A DNA stretch of 64,000 nucleotides from Blastocatellia bacterium. GTDB taxonomy: Bacteria; Acidobacteriota; Blastocatellia; UBA7656. Positions within the stretch are counted from its first letter, which is position 1. Each line of letters opens with the position of its first letter. The DNA lies in NCBI GenBank assembly GCA_963765495.1, contig CAVXWP010000008.1:448001-512000 (forward strand), written 5' to 3'. Positions 59,682 through 64,000 of this stretch are shown piece by piece. A program made the position numbers and the translations under genes. The notes under the pieces were generated by a model. It worked only from the letters and a program-made list of their open reading frames with translations, was not told where the DNA came from and searched no databases.

Positions 59682-60085
59682 AACATTCTCCTTCTCTCCG
59701 CTGCGCGCATGTGCGTATACCCGCTATATTCGACCTGAGCAGGTCTCTGGCAGCGGGTAATTTGGCGCGCGATTGTAGCAACTAAAAGATTTGACTCCAT
59801 TGGAGGCAATTCTTGCCCGTAGGGCATAGGGGTGTAATACACACAAATGAAAAAGCCACGGCATGCGGCCGTTCTTGCCGACCGCCTCCCGTGGCCATCC
59901 CTGCAAATGGTTTTTGTCTGAAAAATAAGGTCGCGTGCTTGAGCCGGAGCTATTGTCCAGACCTGACAACAGGACGGATATTCGATCCCTCAGATAACAA
60001 ATCCGGTTGCGCGCCAGAGAGCCGAAATCTTGCCGGGCCACAACACATGGCTTCAAAATGATCCGGCCTTTCAATGATTCGATCT

Positions 60086-60364
60086 CTATTTTCTTAAACC
60101 CAGACGACTGATGACTTCCCGATAACGGGCGGCGTCCTTGTGTCGCAGATAGTCCAGCAAGCGTCGCCGCTGGCTGACCAGTTTTAGTAATCCTCGCCTA
60201 GAATGATTGTCCTTCGCGTGTGTCTTGAAGTGTTCGGTGAGGCCGTTAATCCTTTGCGTGAGCAGAGCGACCTGGACCTCAGGTGACCCCGTGTCGGATG
60301 AATGTGTCCGATACTCACTTATTATTCCACTCTTAGCTTCCTTCGCTAAAGCCACTCTTGCCAA
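60086..60364 (-). CDS. rpsO: 30S ribosomal protein S15
   Basis: [30 protein letters not shown]. Upstream of pnp. Confidence 0.98.
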   Translation of the reverse strand: MARVALAKEAKSGIISEYRTHSSDTGSPEVQVALLTQRINGLTEHFKTHAKDNHSRRGLLKLVSQRRRLLDYLRHKDAARYREVISRLGLRK

Positions 60365-60531
60365 TCTCCTCTAAACAAATAAATTTCGTTCTTCCAATTG
60401 AACCCAAAAAAGTTAACATACGCCGCAGTCTACTGTAAAGCCCCCGGGCAGATAAATTGACGCACCCGGGAAACCGAGCAACCCCTTTGCCGGGGCTATT
60501 TTCGAGTAATTTTCAGGCCGGATCCCAATAC

Positions 60532-61920
60532 TCAGCGTTGACCATCGACGAATATGCCGTTTTTTGCATAAAACTGTCTGATCTCTTCTCTTGACCTCAA
60601 CAAGCGATTCGACCCTAAAGTGAGAACCACATCACCCTGGGGTCGTTGAGCTTTCAATTTTTTCTCCCGCTCGATAGCTACAAAGTGCGCACCGGGCAGA
60701 TTGCCGGCCCCCAGATATTCAAGACCATAATCGACCTTTCCAAGTGCCTCAGCAAGCTCATGAAACATTATATGACTGACCGGGACACGCTGCATCGTCC
60801 GCATATTGAACCATTGTGCGATCTGGCTCAACGCAATCAGAGAATCAAATCCTTTTGGGGGCCTCTCGGTTTCGAGTTTCTCTCCCGCCCCCCGATATGG
60901 ATTGATTCGGCTATCGAAATTATTGTCAAGATTCAAACTTCCTGTCACCGGGACATCTCCCCCGGCAGTCGGGGCTGTCGGGCCAATATGTAAACGATAA
61001 CGATAATGGCTCCTGCAAATCTGGAGCAGGAGGAAGAGTCCTTCATTTGAGGAGAGATAGTCGGCAATCATCAGTGGAGCAATTTCATTTTTCTCCCCGG
61101 TCACTCCGGCCTGAGCCGCAAGGAGCGCATCATCTATATATACCCGGCCACTCATGTCAACCTTCAGCAGATCAAAGTCTCTCTCCCCGGCTATCCACCG
61201 CAGTCGAGCCATTACTTCACTGACATCTCCACTTATCCATAATCCACCTTCGGGAATCCGGCGAGTGGGCGGATTTGGCCTCTTCCCTGAGACGATATCG
61301 AGCGCGAGTCCAACGGGGTCCGGTCTAGGGAGGGGTTGAGGCAAAGACAACGGGGCATCAGCAAACCTGATCCTCGTGTCGTTGACCAGCGGCAGCGTAT
61401 TTCCAGACGCAATTGCCGGAAGTGATGCAAATAGAAGTAAAACATCTCTATGGATTGAATTTTGATGGTAGGATTGGGGAGTCACATTACCCGTCGGGTT
61501 GATACGCTCTTTATTGGTTGAGTGAATGTTTCCCAAAACCGTTTTTTCGGAGTTGTGCTCGCTTGATACCTCACGCCCACCCTTACTGAGGATTGCGCTA
61601 CTTTTCACAAAATAGTCATTGATCACTCCGCGGTTGAGCAATCTCTCACCGTATCTGCGAGCATCCTTTGCGGATATGAATGACCCGATGAGTATGCGAA
61701 TCCACATTCCCCGGCCTGGTATTTCAATCCTCTCGCGGGCCGGACTCTCTCCGGCGTTTATCAAGCCTTCAACAAAGAGGTTTGCAGATTCCTCGTCGGG
61801 AAATGCGGCCACTTGCAACGTATATCGTCCACCATGCCCTCCAGTAAATGACAAGGACGTCGAGGCGAAAAAAAGAATTATTGGGATTGCGGAAAGTCTC
61901 ACCCTGGATGAAAGCATCAT
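60532..61920 (-). CDS. Exported SPOR-domain protein with uncharacterised C-terminal domain
   Basis: Signal peptide, YTLQVAAF...A, W.R..IG.F....A (SPOR). C-terminal FHELAEA motif. Confidence 0.82.
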   Translation of the reverse strand: MMLSSRVRLSAIPIILFFASTSLSFTGGHGGRYTLQVAAFPDEESANLFVEGLINAGESPARERIEIPGRGMWIRILIGSFISAKDARRYGERLLNRGVINDYFVKSSAILSKGGREVSSEHNSEKTVLGNIHSTNKERINPTGNVTPQSYHQNSIHRDVLLLFASLPAIASGNTLPLVNDTRIRFADAPLSLPQPLPRPDPVGLALDIVSGKRPNPPTRRIPEGGLWISGDVSEVMARLRWIAGERDFDLLKVDMSGRVYIDDALLAAQAGVTGEKNEIAPLMIADYLSSNEGLFLLLQICRSHYRYRLHIGPTAPTAGGDVPVTGSLNLDNNFDSRINPYRGAGEKLETERPPKGFDSLIALSQIAQWFNMRTMQRVPVSHIMFHELAEALGKVDYGLEYLGAGNLPGAHFVAIEREKKLKAQRPQGDVVLTLGSNRLLRSREEIRQFYAKNGIFVDGQR

Positions 61921-62225
61921 ACCCCTCGTAGAAGTGGATTGCGCATTCTGCTCGGAAGATATTCCAGAACTACGTACAGAAGCGTCCGGGGGTGGGAAAT
62001 GACTTTAAGAGCAATTGCAAAAAATAAAGCGACCGAAAAGCCGCCGGGGCTTGCGGTCGCAAAGGCGCTTCCTATGTTAGGTCATAACATTGTTGGTGTC
62101 AATAATTATAAGTTGCAAAGAAGGCGGAGCGCGGCTGAACCGACGGTCGGCCAGTGGTAGTTTGCCTACCAAAGATAAGAACCGTTTGTATTCTTGATCA
62201 GCATTGATGTAGACTGAGGTCTGAT

Positions 62226-62278
62226 GAACCCCTGTTACAGCCGTCTCGAATGGTGGCAAGGCAGGGGTTTCTTTTTTT
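62226..62278 (+). terminator. Rho-independent terminator in the intergenic region (sRNA end or attenuator)
   Basis: GAACCCCTG...CAGGGGTTTC followed by TTTTTTT, with no credible upstream + strand CDS. Confidence 0.65.
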
Positions 62279-62316
62279 GCTCTGATGAACGAGTCAGACT
62301 GCGGTTTCAAGCGAGT

Positions 62317-62352
62317 TCTGTATATGGTGCTCGATCTGTACATGGTGCTTGA
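62317..62352. repeat. Tandem 18-bp direct repeat (putative operator pair)
   Basis: TCTGTATATGGTGCTCGA TCTGTACATGGTGCTTGA, 16/18 identical. Confidence 0.7.
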
Positions 62353-62476
62353 AAAGCTGATTCTGTTCACAAACCGCTCGGCCGACCCCGGATGAACGCT
62401 GCGCTTTCAGCCTCCATAAATGGAATGCGCAACGTGCGAGCAGGGCGAGGATCAGGTTTGAGCAAGAAGGTTCTTT

Positions 62477-63097
62477 ATGACAATTAAGTTTACCGATCAA
62501 AGATCGGAAGAAGTGAGCCGTTTCAGCGTAAGCACAACCGCAGAGGTTACTATTCAGATCGCCGAAAGAGATGGACATCAATTTATCGTGATCAAAGAAC
62601 AACAGCCCGCAGGGACAACGTCAACTACCGAGCATACGGTCGAGATCCCGGCGGCATTATTTCCTGAGCTAAAGCGCGCTGTTGCCAACCTTGAGGAAAG
62701 TTTCGCGGAAGAGCGCCAATCCGATCTGCAATCGGGAAGGCGTAATGTCAGTTTTGCCCATAAATCGGAAGAGGAATTTGCGCGTATCCTGGATTTCTAC
62801 AGCATAAAGTGGGAGTATGAGCCACGTACTTTCGCCATCGAGTGGGACGAGAACGAAAATGTCTCCAAAAGTTTCACACCCGATTTTTATCTCCCCGAAC
62901 ACAATCTGTATATTGAATTGACGACTCTTAAGCAATCGCTTGTTACGAAGAAGAACAGGAAGGTAAGAAGGCTTCGCGAGTTATACCCTGATGTGAACAT
63001 AAAAATTCTTTACGCATCAGACTATCAGAAGTTGATCGAGAAATTTGCCGCAAGCGGATATCAGCATTTCGAAGAGAGTAAAGAAGACCTCGATTGA
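62477..63097 (+). CDS. PC4/YdbC-like domain fused to a PD-(D/E)XK-like nuclease domain
   Basis: C-terminal SE.EFA..LDFY...WEYEP..F...FTPDFYLP...YIELTT. N-terminal EV.I.I.E.DG..FI.I...IP..LFPELK.AV. Confidence 0.75.
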   Translation: MTIKFTDQRSEEVSRFSVSTTAEVTIQIAERDGHQFIVIKEQQPAGTTSTTEHTVEIPAALFPELKRAVANLEESFAEERQSDLQSGRRNVSFAHKSEEEFARILDFYSIKWEYEPRTFAIEWDENENVSKSFTPDFYLPEHNLYIELTTLKQSLVTKKNRKVRRLRELYPDVNIKILYASDYQKLIEKFAASGYQHFEESKEDLD

Positions 63098-63470
63098 GCA
63101 ATGAGTCTTGAAAATTGAAAGTGGAGATCCAGAATTTTGAAGACAAAAAAACAATCCCGAGTGATTCCAGCATCCGTTTCCAAAACCTCAATGATTATGT
63201 TCAGTTGCCTTGCGACAACCGATCCGCCGAGATCCAAAGGACCTTGGCGCCTGAGATTCTTGCGAACCTCAATCACTTCATTCAGGCTTCAGACCATTGC
63301 CTGCGCACCTTGCGGATTGCCTGCTCCGATCTGAATTTGGAAACATCAAACTAAAACCTCTCGGGATCGTACCTGCTTGTTTCCAACCAGGCACGGAGGA
63401 TATTATCATAGATTGTCTTTTTGTCAACGAAAAAATGCAGACATGAAAGAAAATTTTCATTAAAATTTTT

Positions 63471-63998
63471 ATGAGTGGAAAAAACGAGATCGGAAAAGTG
63501 TTAATACCCCAGGAAAGGCTCCAGGAGCGGATTTCAGAGCTAGGCGAAGAAATCTCCCGGCTTTACGAAGAGAAAAATGTAACCATCATCGCGATCCTGA
63601 AGGGATCGTTTATATTTGCAGCCGATCTGTTGCGCGCAATCACCTCGGATGTGACCATAGACTTCATGGCAATCTCAAGTTATGGGCAGTCGGGCAGTGG
63701 TGTTGTCAGGATAACTAAAGACCTTGAAGAAAGCATTGAAGGTCGACATGTCATCCTTGTCGAAGACATTATAGATACAGGGTTGACCGCCAGTTATCTG
63801 CTACGCATACTCAGGCAACGCAATCCAGCCACCCTGGAGATATGCGCTTTGCTTGATAAGTCGGCTCGCAGAATAATCGATTTACCAATTGCCTTCCGGG
63901 GGTTCGATATCCCTGACCTCTTCGTAGTAGGCTATGGAATGGATTTCCAGCAGAGATACAGGAACCTTCCATATATCGCCGCTCTCAAGCAAAGATAG
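63471..63998 (+). CDS. hpt: Hypoxanthine phosphoribosyltransferase
   Basis: ILKGS..F.ADL, SSYG, VEDIIDTGLT (PRPP motif), LLDK, FVVGYGMD..Q.YRNLP. Confidence 0.97.
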   Translation: MSGKNEIGKVLIPQERLQERISELGEEISRLYEEKNVTIIAILKGSFIFAADLLRAITSDVTIDFMAISSYGQSGSGVVRITKDLEESIEGRHVILVEDIIDTGLTASYLLRILRQRNPATLEICALLDKSARRIIDLPIAFRGFDIPDLFVVGYGMDFQQRYRNLPYIAALKQR

Positions 63999-64000
63999 CG

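Noticed and set aside
62220-62300. Hammerhead ribozyme (CUGAUGA twice) or T-box (UGGUGGCA)
   Set aside because: No correctly placed GAAA and stem II. The T-box GGUGGNACC consensus is not met.
63115-63354. 79-aa ORF between the nuclease gene and hpt
   Set aside because: TTG start, no RBS, no recognisable motif, competing ORFs in other frames.
1-64000. CRISPR arrays, tRNA/rRNA, IS elements, and the many short antisense ORFs in the track
   Set aside because: No repeat-spacer periodicity, cloverleaf or transposase motifs were seen. The short ORFs are shadows of well-supported genes.

Overview
A 64-kb bacterial chromosomal segment (diderm; gene repertoire and conserved hypotheticals suggest Acidobacteriota, probably Blastocatellia-like, which is inference only). 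It is gene-dense, with about 63 credible CDS, many on the minus strand. Housekeeping genes include mutL, rpiA, xerD, lpxD, parAB, ssb, rnhA, sppA, sbcC, rnj, rsmA, ribD, tsaD, pnp, rpsO and hpt. No rRNA, tRNA, CRISPR, IS or prophage was seen. Notable items: (i) a redox/Fe-S neighbourhood at 16.6-24.6 kb in which a cargo-less, unusually basic Family 1 encapsulin is divergently transcribed from a SufR-like regulator that heads a carrier-only Fe-S operon (apbC, a cysteine-less Nfu domain, iscA/erpA), followed by bcp and ygfZ; (ii) a 1012-aa TPR-sigma54 activator facing a near-consensus -24/-12 promoter that drives a run of small uncharacterised genes; (iii) a glutaredoxin whose UGA is probably recoded as selenocysteine (SECIS-like hairpin); (iv) candidate structured RNAs upstream of ygfZ, of a pilin-like gene and of a PC4-like/nuclease gene next to hpt; (v) a dif/cer-like site upstream of xerD. 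All calls come from motif recognition by eye. No database searches were run.
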